DNA of 63,923 nucleotides, counting the filler, from Octopus bimaculoides (taxonomy: Eukaryota), in assembly GCF_001194135.2 (NCBI RefSeq). It is 5 parts of 4 records of this genome, joined end to end, with 100 filler letters (N's around TTAATTAATTAA, not from the genome) between each part and the next. Parts side by side here need not be neighbours in the genome. Positions count along the whole stretch, not along the records: positions 7,504 to 17,310 come from NC_068997.1; positions 17,411 to 43,353 come from NC_068982.1; 3 more parts are not named here. One strand, written 5' to 3'. Under the pieces are notes generated by a model. That model made no database searches. It had not been told where the DNA came from and saw only the letters and a list, made by a program, of their open reading frames with translations. How positions within the stretch are numbered: position 1 is the first letter of the stretch; the number at the start of each line of letters is the position of its first letter. Shown here in pieces: positions 14,520 through 27,655 of the stretch. Both the position numbers and the translations under genes were made by a program.

Positions 14520-16088
14520 ACACACACACACACACACACACACACACTTAAAAGGCAAACTTGTATTATTATATATATTTTGTAATTTAAACTGGGTGCG
14601 AAGTGAAACAATTGTTAATTAATTAATTAAACAAGTTATATCCATTGAATCTCTCCATTTTCAAACTTATCAATAATATTGGATGTTTTATAATATATAC
14701 ATCGAAGAAATATCTCTTCAAAATATAATATAATAAACCAGTGTATCTTGGATAAAAATTATCCTTATAAGAGGTTTAAATATCCTCATAGTGAATGATA
14801 AGTATACATGTACATACATATATACACACATGCATGTACATACATACATACATACATACATACATACAATTAACATGCGATTAGAGTAGAGGTTGAATTG
14901 AATGCTAAGCAGAAGGTAAGTAAAAGCGTCTCAACTAGTGGAGAAAGGATGGCTGAAAAAAGAAATGGGATGATCACGTGGAACCAAAAGTGTGGGAGAG
15001 AAAACAGTAAAGGAGAGAGACAATGAAATAGAGATTGGGAGAGAGATTAACAAAGAGGAGTAGAGGAGGGATGGGGAAGAACAAATAGGAAGAATGAGTG
15101 AGCGTGGAGAAAGGAATAAAGATAGACAGTAAGTAGTTGATTAAGACGAAGAGCGGAAGAAAAAGAGAAAGGCGACGGTTAGATAGGAATAGATAGGAAT
15201 GGTTTTGCAAAGTGGAGAAGATGCGGGAAGAGAAGGATAGTAAAATGAGATAGTAAAATGAGATGGGAAGATGAAATAAAAGCAGCAGTAGAGAAGATTT
15301 TAAAGAAGTGAAGACACCTATGTAGCAAAAAGGGAAGAGGGTATCGCATGTAATTTCGGCCGTTGTTAGGGGTTTCCACTGAAAGTGGGTACAGAACCGT
15401 GGCGTTACATTAAATTATAAGAATAAAAGGCTGCACAGAAAGACGACAAAGGAACGCATGGAAATCATACAAAATTGACGTGGATACGTTCATCGATCAT
15501 CAGTTGTCGGCCGAAAACCATTACAATTTCGCCCCATATACATTTATTTTTACACGTATACACATACGAAAACATACTCCTACAAAATAATATGCACACA
15601 TAATTAATACATTAACGCATATATACATACGCGCTCATATATATACATTCACACAAACAAAATCGTACGGGCACTTACATAAATAAATGTATAAACACAA
15701 CCCCTACACACACATACGTAATCGTATATTATGGTCCAATTTCCAATATCATTAGTTCGGATCTTTCTAAATCCAAACATCGATATACAATAAATTTACC
15801 AATTTCTAAATGGAAAATATCCGATGTATTTGTCTCTATTACGAAATCAGCGTATCCATGTTACATCACATGATTTAATCAATAAATTGATTAAATACCC
15901 TGGTAAGTGGGCTAAATACGCCGTAAATGAGATTATCTCATACGGATGTTATCGTCAGTGAGATCTATAATATAAACTATGGAAATGGCTAAAGCAGGTT
16001 CCTTAATCTGATGATCGAATTCGTGTTTGTATATTGAAAATATACGGTATAATACAGGTATATTTTCAATATACCTACGTACAACTGT

Positions 16089-16151
<63 letters not shown>

Positions 16152-16215
16152 NNNNNNNNNNNNNNNNNNNNNNNNNNNNNNNNNNNNNNNNNNNNNNNNN
16201 NNNNNNNNNNNNNNN

Positions 16216-16279
<64 letters not shown>

Positions 16280-16862
16280 CTCTTTTACTCTTTTACTTGT
16301 TTCAGCCATGCGGCTGCTATCATGCTGGAGCACCACCGCGGTCTTTCTGATTTCCTCAGTCTGGGGTGTTTCATATCACAACTCATGTAATCCCTTTGTT
16401 CCAGTTGTTGGCCCATTTGGTGTATAAGGAAGTTTGATTCCACTGCCCTCGTCTGTACCTCATTTCCACCTACTTCTACTTTATGCAGACTTCTTAATTT
16501 TTGTGGCAGGCCATTGAAGAGCTGTGGATCTTTGAACACTAGACTGTTGCGGTATCTGGTCCTGAACTTAGATGGAGTGAATGGTATCTTTGGTATAATA
16601 CAACGGCGGCCAGTTCCGACAGATAATAAATGAGTATATGCATACATACGTACATGTATGTACTTACCTACATCTACATGTATATATAGATGCATATCTG
16701 GCTAGAGGACGTTGCAAAAAAAAACGTGAACAAAACGATAAGCAGAGTACAGAAAACACACAGGCCACATAGAGAACATTTCCTTCATCAGCTGCCACCA
16801 TTCTAAAACTAAGCGTTTCGAAGAGGTATATATATGTATATATATGTATATATATATGTATA

Positions 16863-16946
<84 letters not shown>

Positions 16947-17310
16947 TATATATACACACACAAACACACACACACACGCACATATATTTATATGCAGGTA
17001 TGTATAAATACATATACATACATGCACGCATATGTATACCAGTATACCACTACATACACACTCATTCGACATATATACATACACATGCACCTGCATACAT
17101 ATACATCCGTATATCAACACAACGCTATACAACATAATATTTCTGTGGCCGTCCAATTAGAAAGTTCAACTCTGACATTTACAAGCATACGCGGTGTCTT
17201 TCTTTCCATGCATTCCACATAGGAACCGTCCAAACCATTCTGCCAAAGAACACATCTGCTGTTTCTATCAAAGACATGCCAAAAAAAAAAACGAAGCAAA
17301 AAAAAACAAA

Positions 17311-17410
17311 NNNNNNNNNNNNNNNNNNNNNNNNNNNNNNNNNNNNNNNNNNNNTTAATTAATTAANNNNNNNNNNNNNNNNNNNNNNNNNNNNNNNNNN
17401 NNNNNNNNNN
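17311..17410. other. Artificial scaffold linker
   Basis: 44N + TTAATTAATTAA (17355-17366) + 44N. Confidence 0.9.
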
Positions 17411-17454
17411 CCGATCTGAGAAGACCATACATATGTATGGTCTTCTCTTTTTAA

Positions 17455-18458
17455 TTTATAATAAATTTTGACCGGCCACCTACATTGTAGCAAGGTTGTG
17501 AAGGATTGCTTCTTGTTTTGCTCATCATTCTTTAAATCTTAACAAGGTCTTGCAGTTTTTATAGCTCCAGATATCTTCATTTGTAGTGTATGAGTTAACG
17601 ATTTACGTTCTCTCCCAAAGATCCCAAGTTCAGCCATTCTTTGCTCCGGACAGATTCGTATGTATCCTGTTGCTCCAATAATAATGGGTATGAAGCTGAA
17701 AGTGTATCTTAGGTACTAGATTTGCAAACTCCTTATTAATGGTGCATAGATGTCTTCTTTCTCTTGTATTTTTCGAACCACACTGATGTCCAATGAGCAG
17801 TTGATTTCCACAACAGAACATATCTTGGTCCCTCACTACAATATCTGGCAGCTTGTGTTTTAACTTGACAGTTGTTTTAAGTTTTTTAAGTTCCACCAAG
17901 ATTATTTTGAGCCATTGGTTTCAATATAGTCATATTCGTCTGTAGGTGTTTTCTTATTTTTATTTTTGGTATTCTGATACAGATCGTCTTGGCCTCTGCA
18001 TCATGCCTCATGGGAAGATAATATTTGGAAGACATTCTCTCACAGTTGGCAATAATGCGGTTGATGTCTTCAGTCTTGGTCTTGTACAGCATACACTTGT
18101 CTCTCAACGTTTTCTGCTCTGCCTTTTATGCTGATGTTTCATGTAACTTTGATGCTGATGTTTCATGTAACACCGAGCAGCTTGCGAGTTCGAATATCAA
18201 TCTCATTGAGTTCTTGTAGTGACCAGTCCAGAAGCTCAAGCATGGGTATAAGGACAGGCACTGCAAAAGTGTTGTAGGCAATATACTTGTTGTAAGCTGC
18301 GAGTTCTGATGACCATATTTTCTTTACTCTCCTGAGGTGTTCATTCTTGGTCTTCTCCTTATTTATGGTTCATATCTGACATTCTCATCTTGACCAAGAT
18401 ACCTATAATTATCACCTGACTACAGGTTCTGGTGTCAAGCCACTTATTTTTAGATTTT
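17455..18458 (-). mobile_element. R4/Dong-like LINE 3' fragment with internal deletion
   Basis: Minus frames give KIWSSELAAYNKYIAYNTFAVPVL (post-RT), a degenerate CCHC (RDKCMLY...NCERMSSKYYLPMRHD) and KHKLPDIVVRD (RLE). Homologous to the 30.7-31.9 kb copy. Confidence 0.78.
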
Positions 18459-18699
18459 CGTATGTATGTATGTATGTATGTATGTATGTATGCATGTATG
18501 TATGTATGTATGTATGTATGTATGTATGTATGCATGCATGCATGTATGTATGCATGCATGCATGTATGTATGCATGCATGCACACATGTATGTATGTATG
18601 TATACACGCATGCATGTATGCATGCATGTATGTATGTATACCTGCATGCATACATGTATGTATGTATGTACGTATGTATGCATGCATGCATGTGTGTGT
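18459..18699. repeat. (TATG)n/(TGCA)n compound tetranucleotide array between two LINE fragments
   Basis: Direct inspection. Confidence 0.92.
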
Positions 18700-19625
18700 C
18701 TCCAATTTTTTAATTATAAATCGTCCACTGAGGAGAAGGCCGGTTTATAACAAAGATACAAGGTTCCATGTTTTGGGATGTAGTTAACACAGACAAATTC
18801 ACATTTGGAACTTGAAAAAAGTCTTGCATATTTTTACTGTTCCACTCACAGATTAGATTTGTAATGTACGAATTAGCCGGTCAATTTCTCTTTCTGAAAA
18901 CCCCAGTTTATCCAGATTCTCCTTTAAGTATTTACTAACACCTAGTGATCCAATAATTATTGGTATAAATATGAATCAATAGTCTGGATATAGAAGCTGA
19001 AGGTTTCGAAGCAGTTGTCATAGACATCCTCTTTTTCTTTGATTTTCAAAGAGATATTTATATCTGCAGAGCAGCTAACCTCCATGATAGTACATAATTT
19101 TGCCCCTCTGTCCCAAACAACAATATCCAGACTGTTATGCTTACATTTGACAGTTTTGATGAGAATATTCCACCAGTATTCCTTGAGTTGGTGTTTATGA
19201 ATGTATTCCATAACAGAGAGATTTTCTAAGTTTATTTCAGGACAGTCTTTTTAGCGGATGGCATTGTAAATTGTTTTAGTAACAACGTCGTGCCGCTTAG
19301 GGAGGTAGTACCGTAACGACATTTTAGAACAGTTGCTGATTACATACGTAGTGTCTTCCACAGAAACATGACATAGCCTATACATGCGGTTGCCCCTCGG
19401 GATTACATTAGCGTTACTGATTCCCTTGTTTACCAGGTACTTTGTGGAAATCTCCTGTTCCTGGGTTGTAAACGTGTGTTGTGATGTAGTGGTCTTGTGT
19501 CCAAGAGAGGCTGCGCTTCGTGTCAATTCTACTGTCTTCTTCAAGCTTCCGAGCAACATACCCATGCATAGTCTTTTTTTTGTATGCTGAGTGCTTTCCA
19601 TCCAGGTCTTCTCTGAGGTAAGAGT
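18700..19625 (-). mobile_element. R4/Dong-like LINE 3' fragment (second, different copy)
   Basis: ORFs 19251-19601 (QEISTKYL...RLCHVSVEDTTYVISNCSKMSLRYYLPKRHD) and 18957-19211 (WWNILIKTVKCKHNSLDIVVWD...EVSC). 3' UTR resembles 32130-32190. Confidence 0.82.
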
Positions 19626-19628
19626 GTA

Positions 19629-19665
<37 letters not shown>

Positions 19666-20019
19666 TAATGCAAGGAATACTTCACCAACTCAACAGCCTT
19701 TTTACAGCGTGCTACCTAAGGGTTTTTCCAACAACCAGTATCAAGTATCTACAACTGTAGATGAGCATCTTTCTTCCAACTATTTTCTCCACTGTAACGT
19801 CATCCTGCACTTCTACCATTTACTTCAACCCCGAAGTCTACAAATGACCGCTGTAATTCTATTGTCTCTGTTTGACCGAACTTCTGTTCAGGTGCCTTGG
19901 CAAACTGCCTTCGCCCCTCAATTCTACTTTACCAACTCACATTCGTTTCAAATTTTGGTACATGGTCGCCAGCAATTTTGGGAGAGAAGGTAAGTAAGTT
20001 ACATGGCCTTCAGTAATCA

Positions 20020-20148
20020 ACAGGTGCTTATTTTATCGACTCCGAAAGGATGAAAGGCAAAGTCGACCGAGGTGAAATGTAAAGACGGACGAAACGCCGC
20101 TAAGTATTTTTCCCGGCGTGCTAACGATTCTGCCAGCTCCCCACCTTT
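20020..20148 (-). mobile_element. SINE family C fragment
   Basis: ATCGACTCCGAAAGGATGAAAGGCAAAGTCGACC...CTAACGATTCTGCCAGCTC. Confidence 0.75.
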
Positions 20149-20159
20149 TTTACCAACTC

Positions 20160-21330
20160 ATAAAGACTTCAACTCTTCAGTTCGTTCTTTTTTCCCTAGG
20201 ACAGTCCAAACTTCTATTCCCCATGGACGTTAAATCACTTTACACAGCCATCTTCATTGCAATATCATAAGTCCTTCAGCAATTCTTCGCTTGCCGCATT
20301 ATATCTGTGCCAAGCATCACCACTCCCCTCAGCCTGTCCGAAGACATTTTCATTCTTAATTACTTCTGCTTTTCCGGTGAGTTTTACAAATGTATCAATG
20401 GTGTTTCTATAGGCATTAAAATGAGTTTAAATTGCGCAAACCTTGTAGGCTATATCGAATCACAGATCTTTGCTCAGTTCACTTGGCCCAGTCCAAAAGT
20501 GTACGATCACTATACTGATGATCACATCGGCGCCACCACACTCACTAGGTTCATCATTTATACACTCCATCTTTTAAACCAATTTGTTTCATCCCGCTTT
20601 ACAATTTACTTCTATTTATCCGATATCTTCGTCAGTTTCCTAGATGTCTCTATTGCGCTGGATAACTTTCATTTATCTACCACTGTTCATTACAACCACA
20701 CTAATTCATACTTCTCTCTCCACAATTCCCCTTCTCACCCAGACACACGATATTCCCTATCATATTCTCTCAATTCCTCTGACGTTAGCTTTAATGCAGC
20801 ACCGATTCGGATTTCAATTCTCAAACTGAAGAAAAGTAGTACTTCATCAACTGAAGTTAGCCTCAATTAGTTGTGTATCTTACAATTCACTGAGCTTGCA
20901 CCATCAACCGCAACGCAACTCTTACACTACACTTCAGAAACATACGCACATAAAACGCGAACGCACGCACGCATACACACAAACACACACACCTGCTCAT
21001 CGAATTCTATTTTCCCTTCTTTCCACTTGGTAACCCTCCTTTGAAATTCACACTCTTCTGTAGCTTCAAATTTCTATTTTATGACTCCATAGCCACCTCT
21101 CCTCGCCTTGCAAAAAAAACAAAAAAAAAAAAAAACGACAAGACCCTCAACCTTTTAGTAACAAGGTTCTTAGCCCTCCCTCACCAGCCAGTTACTTACA
21201 AGTGCGCTCGTCATTCCATAAACCAGCTCCCGATATTCAGCATTTGAGCCCACCAAAGGTATCACACCCTAGTAACCAAGAAAAACCTAATATTTGTTCT
21301 AAGTCTAAATGAACGTTTCTTCTCCAATGG
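20160..21330 (+). mobile_element. Decayed Penelope-like element (RT core plus GIY-YIG C-terminal remnant)
   Basis: MDVKSLYT at ~20223. ORF 20307-20870 has FYKCINGVSIGIKMSLNCANL, YTDD and SFLDVSI...STTVHY, matching PLE RT motifs. A degenerate GIY-YIG tail lies at ~21170-21320. Confidence 0.72.
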
Positions 21331-21394
21331 TTCCTTATGAACTATCCAGTGGATCTCTATATTTTCTATCGTTTATCTTTTTTTTTCTTCTTCC

Positions 21395-21729
21395 AGTCAT
21401 TAGATTGCGGCTGAAGAACCGCCTTGAAAAATCTTAGTCAAACGAATCGACCCCAGTACTTATTTTTTGTTAAAGCTTGGTACTTATCCCATCGGCATCT
21501 TTTGCCGAACTGCTAAGTTACGGGGACGTAAACACACCAACTCCGGTTGTCATGCGGTGGTGGGGGACAAGCACAGACACAAAGGCACACATGGCAGGCT
21601 TCTTTCAGTTTCCAGTTACTAAATTCACTTCACAAGGTTTTGGTCGGCCCGAAGGTTCCTCGCAGTGGGACTGAACCCGGAATCGTGATTGAGAAGCAAG
21701 CTTCTTACTACACAGCTACGCCTGCACCT
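21395..21729 (-). mobile_element. SINE family B with internal deletion
   Basis: Shares CTAAGTTACGGGGACGTAAACACACC and CGCAGTGGGACTGAACCCGG with other copies. Confidence 0.75.
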
Positions 21730-21740
21730 AAATATTAACG

Positions 21741-21800
21741 TTCCTATGCCGGGGGTCGAACCTGAGCCACCAGGGCGAAAGCCAGGAATCCTAACCACTA
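21741..21800 (-). pseudogene. 5'-truncated tRNA-Glu(TTC)-like pseudogene
   Basis: Minus strand TAGTGGTTAGGATTCCTGG-CTTTCGC-CCTGGTGGCTCAGGTTCGACCCCCGGCATAGGAA: D-loop remnant, TTC anticodon loop, GTTCGA T-loop. The first ~12 nt of the acceptor stem are missing. Confidence 0.62.
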
Positions 21801-21894
21801 CTGTTATTTTAATTTTATTTTTCTCGTCTTTTGATGTCAGTTTCATCTTTCCCTTGTTTTAATGTTACTGAAATCGTGCGCAGAATGCCTCAAT

Positions 21895-22302
21895 AGATAA
21901 AGTGAGAACATGTAAGGTACCTCAACTTGCGTTGTCTGTATGAATATGTGACACCATATGTGTTTATTCGTGCTCTTACTATCCGTTTTTAGATACCTTT
22001 TGTTGCGGTGACTGACATCACCCACTTCCTTGCTTAAACAAGCATGCCATCTCGTTTTAATCCATTTCCCTTCTTATTTTTTCCACTTTTTTCTCTAATT
22101 TGAGAAAAAAGTGGAAAAAATAAGAAGGGAAATGGATTAAAACGAGATGGCATGCTTGTTTAAACAAGGAAGTGGGTGATGTCAGTCACCGCAACAAAAG
22201 GTATCTAAAAACGGATAGTAAGAGCACGAATAAACACATATGGTGTCACATATTCATACAGACAACGCAAGTTGAGGTACCTTACATGTTCTCACTTTAT
22301 CT
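21895..22302. repeat. 408-bp near-perfect palindrome (204-bp arms, no spacer)
   Basis: Arms are reverse complements with two mismatches seen (one in the arm, one near the centre at 22096/22101). The ORF track shows an identical peptide on both strands. Confidence 0.95.
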
Positions 22303-23204
22303 GTTTCATTTTCCCCGAAGAACTTCTCCATCCGACTACTTCTCTCCAACGCATGCGCAACTACTAACACTCTGCCATTATGTTTCTTTACTGTATCCAA
22401 CCTCTCGTGGATGAAAGACGAAGAAAATTCTCCTTGTGTCCGAAATATTGGAAACTCCTCGCCCACCGGTACACAAACGCAAGAAACTGCCAATAAAAAC
22501 ACAATTTTTTGCTGGCACAGATAATAGTCTCCCAAGATTTCGCTTTTAGCTTTCGCCTTCCTTAACATTCTTCTCTCCTCCATCTCATCTTTATTTTACG
22601 CCTCGCATTCTTTTAGCTTCTTTCTTTTTCTGTATTTAATATTTTATCTTTACTTGTCACTATTTCTCGCATTTTCCCGCGCACTCTCATTTCAGTGTTT
22701 TCTTCTCTCTTTCACTTAAATCAATTTGTTTTAGTCCTTCTTTGGTTCCGTCTTTCAATCAATCTGTTTACTCCTACTCTACTTCTTTTCTCTGCTGTTT
22801 CTCTTACTTCTCATTGTCATTTTATTACTCTAATTTATTTCTCAGCTCATGCCATTTTTTTCTATCATCTACTTTTCTTTCTCTTTTGCTTTTTATTTTC
22901 ACACCCATACTTACTCTCCACTGATGTTGTCTCTTTTCCTCTTTTTCTTTCTATGTATTTACTAAATGTACTGTATGTAATTATATATTTTTGTCTATCT
23001 ATCTATCTATCTATCTTAATTTTACCTTTACAAGAAGGATGACTGTAGCTTCGGCTTGCTAGCCTTCGATGAAGGCCAACGTGCAAAAACTTCGAAGTTA
23101 CTGTCACCTCTCTGCTTGTAGAAGTATAATAAATATGTGCTTCACAAAATTATTGAGTGATTCTTCAGTTTAATGTTAAATTGTTTTTATTATAACCCAA
23201 CATA

Positions 23205-23420
23205 AGGCGGCGAGCTGGCAGAATCGTTAGTATGTCGGATAAAGTGAGTAGTGGCATTTTCTCCATTTTCTCCACGTTCTCACTTCAAATTCTGCAGAGG
23301 TCGACCTTGCTTTCATCTTTTCGGGGTCGATGAAATACGTACCAGCTGAGTACTTGAGTTAATGTAATCGACAACCCCCCTCCCCCAAATTTCAGGCTTT
23401 GTGCCTTTAGTAGAAAGGAT
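23205..23420 (+). mobile_element. SINE family C (tRNA-like head + conserved CTTTCATCCTTTCGGGGTCGAT core)
   Basis: AGGCGGCGAGCTGGCAGAATCGTTAG...GAGGTCGACC...TTTCGGGGTCGATGAAA; tail GTGCCTTTAGTAGAAAG. Confidence 0.78.
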
Positions 23421-23486
23421 TATAATTCAATATAGAAATATTTACACACACACATGTATATTGTTAACAAGTTGGGATGCATGGCG

Positions 23487-23553
<67 letters not shown>

Positions 23554-23812
23554 TTAGATAAGGCCGGTTTATGGGATTACCTTTGATTTCACGTCCATAA
23601 AGAGCTTGCCTTTATCATAAGATCCCAAAACCTGTTAGCTAAAGGCCTCTCTAGAATGTATGTGTGTACACGCACGTACCTCTTTTTATATATTTACTTA
23701 ATATCTTATCTTGAATTAATATAAAATATCAATTCGCATCTCGTTATATACGTATTGAATATAGAAGTAACATTAATATATCGCTATCAACGTTTCTTAT
23801 TACTTAATGGAC

Positions 23813-23965
23813 GAAGGCGGCGATCTGACAAAATCGTTTCTGCGCCAGACAAAATGCTTAGCGACATTTCGTCCCTCTTTACGTTGTGAGTTCAAATGCC
23901 ACCGAGGTTGACTTTGCCTTTCCTTCTTTCGGAATCGATAACATAAGTATAGGCCCGGGAATAGG
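23813..23965 (+). mobile_element. SINE family C fragment
   Basis: AGGCGGCGATCTGACAAAATCG...GAGTTCAAATGCCACCGAGGTTGACTTTGCC. Confidence 0.72.
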
Positions 23966-24926
23966 GGGTACAAGGGTGAAAGCGCACACTCTAACATTTT
24001 TTTGGTGGGGTAGGGAGAATGAAAATGCTTTGAACATCCTGCGTTGAACCTGAGTTTACATTCCTAAGCAAATTTCGTTCCCGTACTTATGAACATAAGT
24101 GAGTACCTGTTGAGCACAGGGGTTGTTGTAATCGACTCCCCCAGTCCCCATAAAAAATTGCTGGCTTTGAATTTGAAGGCATTATTTATTGATACATTAC
24201 TATTCACGTTGGCGAACGCTGTTGAGTCGAAGTTAAACTATTAGGGAATTTAATCCTCTATGTTTTGATTCTGAAATGTAACATGATAAACGATGTGTTG
24301 TGGAAGAAGCATCCTGATCTTGGAAATGTAATTCTGGGAAAAAAAATTTATACTTACAACTGCCTAGTGAGTACAAGCTAAATGCTTCTTATGAGAAAAA
24401 AATCTGCTAGTAAACCAGCGGAGTGCTCATGCTCGTCAATGAGCGAAAGCACCAAACAATGCCCATCTACATGATAGTTTGATGCTAGATATTATTGCAG
24501 TACATAACACTGTAATCTTCGTATGTGCCCTGCGATTAATCATGCGACACACCATGGTAATCGTACTAAATCCACACTGCTGACTACCTGTCAACCGTCA
24601 GTATGTTTGGGAACACATCTATGGGCAAAGATCGATTGTGTGAACAGGCCTTAACCGATGCCAGTCGTTTATCGGTCGTTACATATAACGATATTAATTT
24701 TTAAAGAAGGATCTGTAAAAGAAGTGGAAATCTTTAATATAATACTCATTTTCTGTCTAGTGGACTGGAGTGTTTACATTCATGATCTTTTCATTTTATT
24801 CGTCTTACAAAGGATAAATTTTTGTAGGGCTGGTTTCAGTTGACCCTAGGAAAATCACAGCAACAATTTCTCAACTAGCACCGTGGAAGACGCGTGGTAA
24901 AATTGAAGGTTGTGTATGTGTGTGTG

Positions 24927-25158
24927 TTATTTCTTTACTGCCCACAAGGGGCTACACACAGAGGGGACAAACAAATACAGACAAATGAATTAAGTCGATT
25001 ATATTGACCCCAGTGCGTAACTGGTACTTAATTTATCGGCCCCGAAAGGATGAAAGGCAAAGTCGACCTCCGCGGAATTTGAACTCAGAACGTAGCAGCA
25101 GACGAAATACCGCTAAGCATTTTGCCCGACGTGCTAACGTTTCTGCCAGCTCGCAGCC
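24927..25158 (-). mobile_element. SINE family C, near full length
   Basis: TTATTTCTTTACTGCCCACAAGGGGC...GAAAGGATGAAAGGCAAAGTCGACC...TTCTGCCAGCTCG; near-identical to 35536-35768 and 58061-58373. Confidence 0.88.
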
Positions 25159-25968
25159 GTGTGTGTGTATAGAGAAAAAATATGCGTGTTCCATGCCGCA
25201 AAATACCGTACTTAACTTACACCATATTTCTTCCCAATTTACTATGGTTAAAATACTCGTAATGCGTTTATGATTTTCAGTAACTGAAATTGCGATAATT
25301 TTCCAAACTTATTGTCGTGGCCATTATTTAAAAATTTTAATTTATTTCTGCCTGGATGACGCGAGATACGTTTTCACTTAAAGCGGACGTACTTGGTAAG
25401 AGTTGGGAGAAGGAAACAAAACTAAGAATTGTTTTAAAAGAAATTATTCTTCCATTTTGATATTTTCCTTCATGATATATCAGAACTAGTGCTGATAGTT
25501 AAGGAAAATCATTCATAAGATTTCATGATACCCGCAAAACACTCTGGTGATGAAGATATTTGTTTAGACTACATATAATTTCCATTGCAGTGAATGTGTT
25601 TCTGAGATTCTATTATGTTGTTAAGAACAGCCTTAAAACAGACGGAAATCATTATTGTCCTCATTTCCGAAGGCAATCATTCAATTTTTATTCGCTGACA
25701 ATTTTTGCGAATACACTATCACTGAAACTAAATATACCTTTGTTAAATGAAAAATCCCATTAAAATTGGCTCAAGTCGACCCAATTATTGTGAAAGAATT
25801 TAGGTGGCAGAAACTTAGTAAAGGCCTGTTGGCTGGACTGTATATGGAATTCCAAGATCTAAGTCTCATCACTCACTACGTCACACTGATATGCTGATTC
25901 AATAAATAGGTCGTCTAATTGATGGCACAACTGGTCACTGATACGTCGAAACTGAAAAGAGAGTCCGT

Positions 25969-26010
<42 letters not shown>

Positions 26011-27289
26011 AACACACACACACAGGTGCGCACGTGACAAGCTTCTGCACAGTTTCCATCTCCCAAATTTCATTCACAGAATATTGATCAACTCAAGGCT
26101 GCAATAGAAAATACTTACCTCAAAGTACCGTGCAGTGGGATCGATCTTGGAACCTCGTCGCTGCAAGTCGAGCTTCTTAACCATACAACTATGCCCGCGC
26201 CCATAGTTTTCTTCTTCAGAAAGTACAGATGAGACCTTTTCTTTGAGTGCCTTTGAAATAATGTCTTGATTGAGCATTATCAACAATATCATCGACTTTC
26301 ATGGCAGTGCTTGCAATAAGACCATCTCCTCAAATTCTTGTCATATTTCTACTTGTACGCAGAAAATATTTAGTTGCTTCAGTTTCTTCATCATTGAGTA
26401 TAATAGTTTATTTCTCCTCTAATCTTAAATGTATAAATTTTCTAGAGAAATTTGGTACCCTCAGCGTCGCACGAACATTAAATGAAATGTTTCGGAAATA
26501 GTTATTCATAGCTTTGACGCGAAAATCTTTTGGGTTAGTACTTTTTTTTTAACCCTTTCAGTCGATTCATTTTCTGTTGAGTGAAACTAAACATTTAGGA
26601 ATATCTGTCCAATCATTGTATATCTTTTACCATGGCTTCGCTGCGAGACACGCATCAAAATTATTTATTCAATAGGCTCATCTTACCCATTAAACAGTAG
26701 AGTTATCTACAAAATGATAGCCGTTTCACATGACCCTAATATGAGTGCTATGAATTTAAACCAGAAACGTGATCGAAAAAATTTTGGAGGAACAAACTAT
26801 CTATTTCTGTGATACAAGTAATTTTGCACAACTAGAAAACTTATTTTTGAATGACTTTTCCAATGTGGAAACATTTTATCTGTAAACTATCGATAATTCT
26901 TGCATATAATGTTTCTAAAATTAATTTCTCATTTTTTATCCCAACGTTTGACTTCCAGTAAAACTCATTCTATATCAATATCAGGTTTCAACGATCTAAA
27001 AGTTAGTATACTGACATCTCTTTTATACTTTATTTAAAATTCATCTTGAGATACATAAACATTTGTAAAAAAATGTTATGTATTTTTAAGGAAATTAAGT
27101 AACCTTTTTCCAATCGAGAAATTGTAGTGTCTCTACATAAGTTTCGTCCGACTTCAGAATCTGCAGATCTGACTGCAATAGGGTTCTAGTGCGAATATAT
27201 TTTAAAAATTTTCAATCATTAGATGTTCCTAGATATGTCCCTCGTCTCAAACTAGATTTGAACTGGTAATCTTTATTATAAACTAAGAG

Positions 27290-27655
27290 TAGCAATGCTC
27301 TTATCCACTCGGCAGATAACATACATGTATTGCTTCTTTGATTTTTCTAACTTTCCACTGTGGCTTTCAATCAATTGTGGAAATTTCATTCTTTAGTGAT
27401 ATATAATTTCCCTTTTACACCATATAGTTGAGTCATTCCTGTCGCAGATGTTTCCTCTTTAATTAAGGCTCTCCGATGTTCCTCTTTTCTAGCTTTTAGG
27501 GAAATTTCAGTTTTTTCTTTTATAAAACCTGCCACAATTGCATAGAGTGTATTTCTCATCTTCAAGTTCTTTTTTGCGTTTGTTTAACTTTGTGAGAAAT
27601 CTGCGCAGTGTGATGATAATTGTAAACACACTTCTGATGTGGTACGTATTTCAGG
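27290..27655 (-). mobile_element. Penelope-like GIY-YIG endonuclease remnant
   Basis: Minus frames give HIRSVFTIIITLRRFLTK...YTLCNCGRFYK / TEISLKARKEEHRRA / KVRKIKEAIH, the PLE GIY-YIG pattern (CxCG.xYxGET..L..R..EH; RKIKEA). Confidence 0.6.

Noticed and set aside
23060-23105. CCTTCGATGAAGGCC...GCAAAAAC hammerhead-like motif after a pyrimidine-rich tract
   Set aside because: Core lacks CUGA and GAAA and the helices do not close; too degenerate to call. The same applies to AATGAAGGAGCC...AGAAAAC at ~32130-32162.
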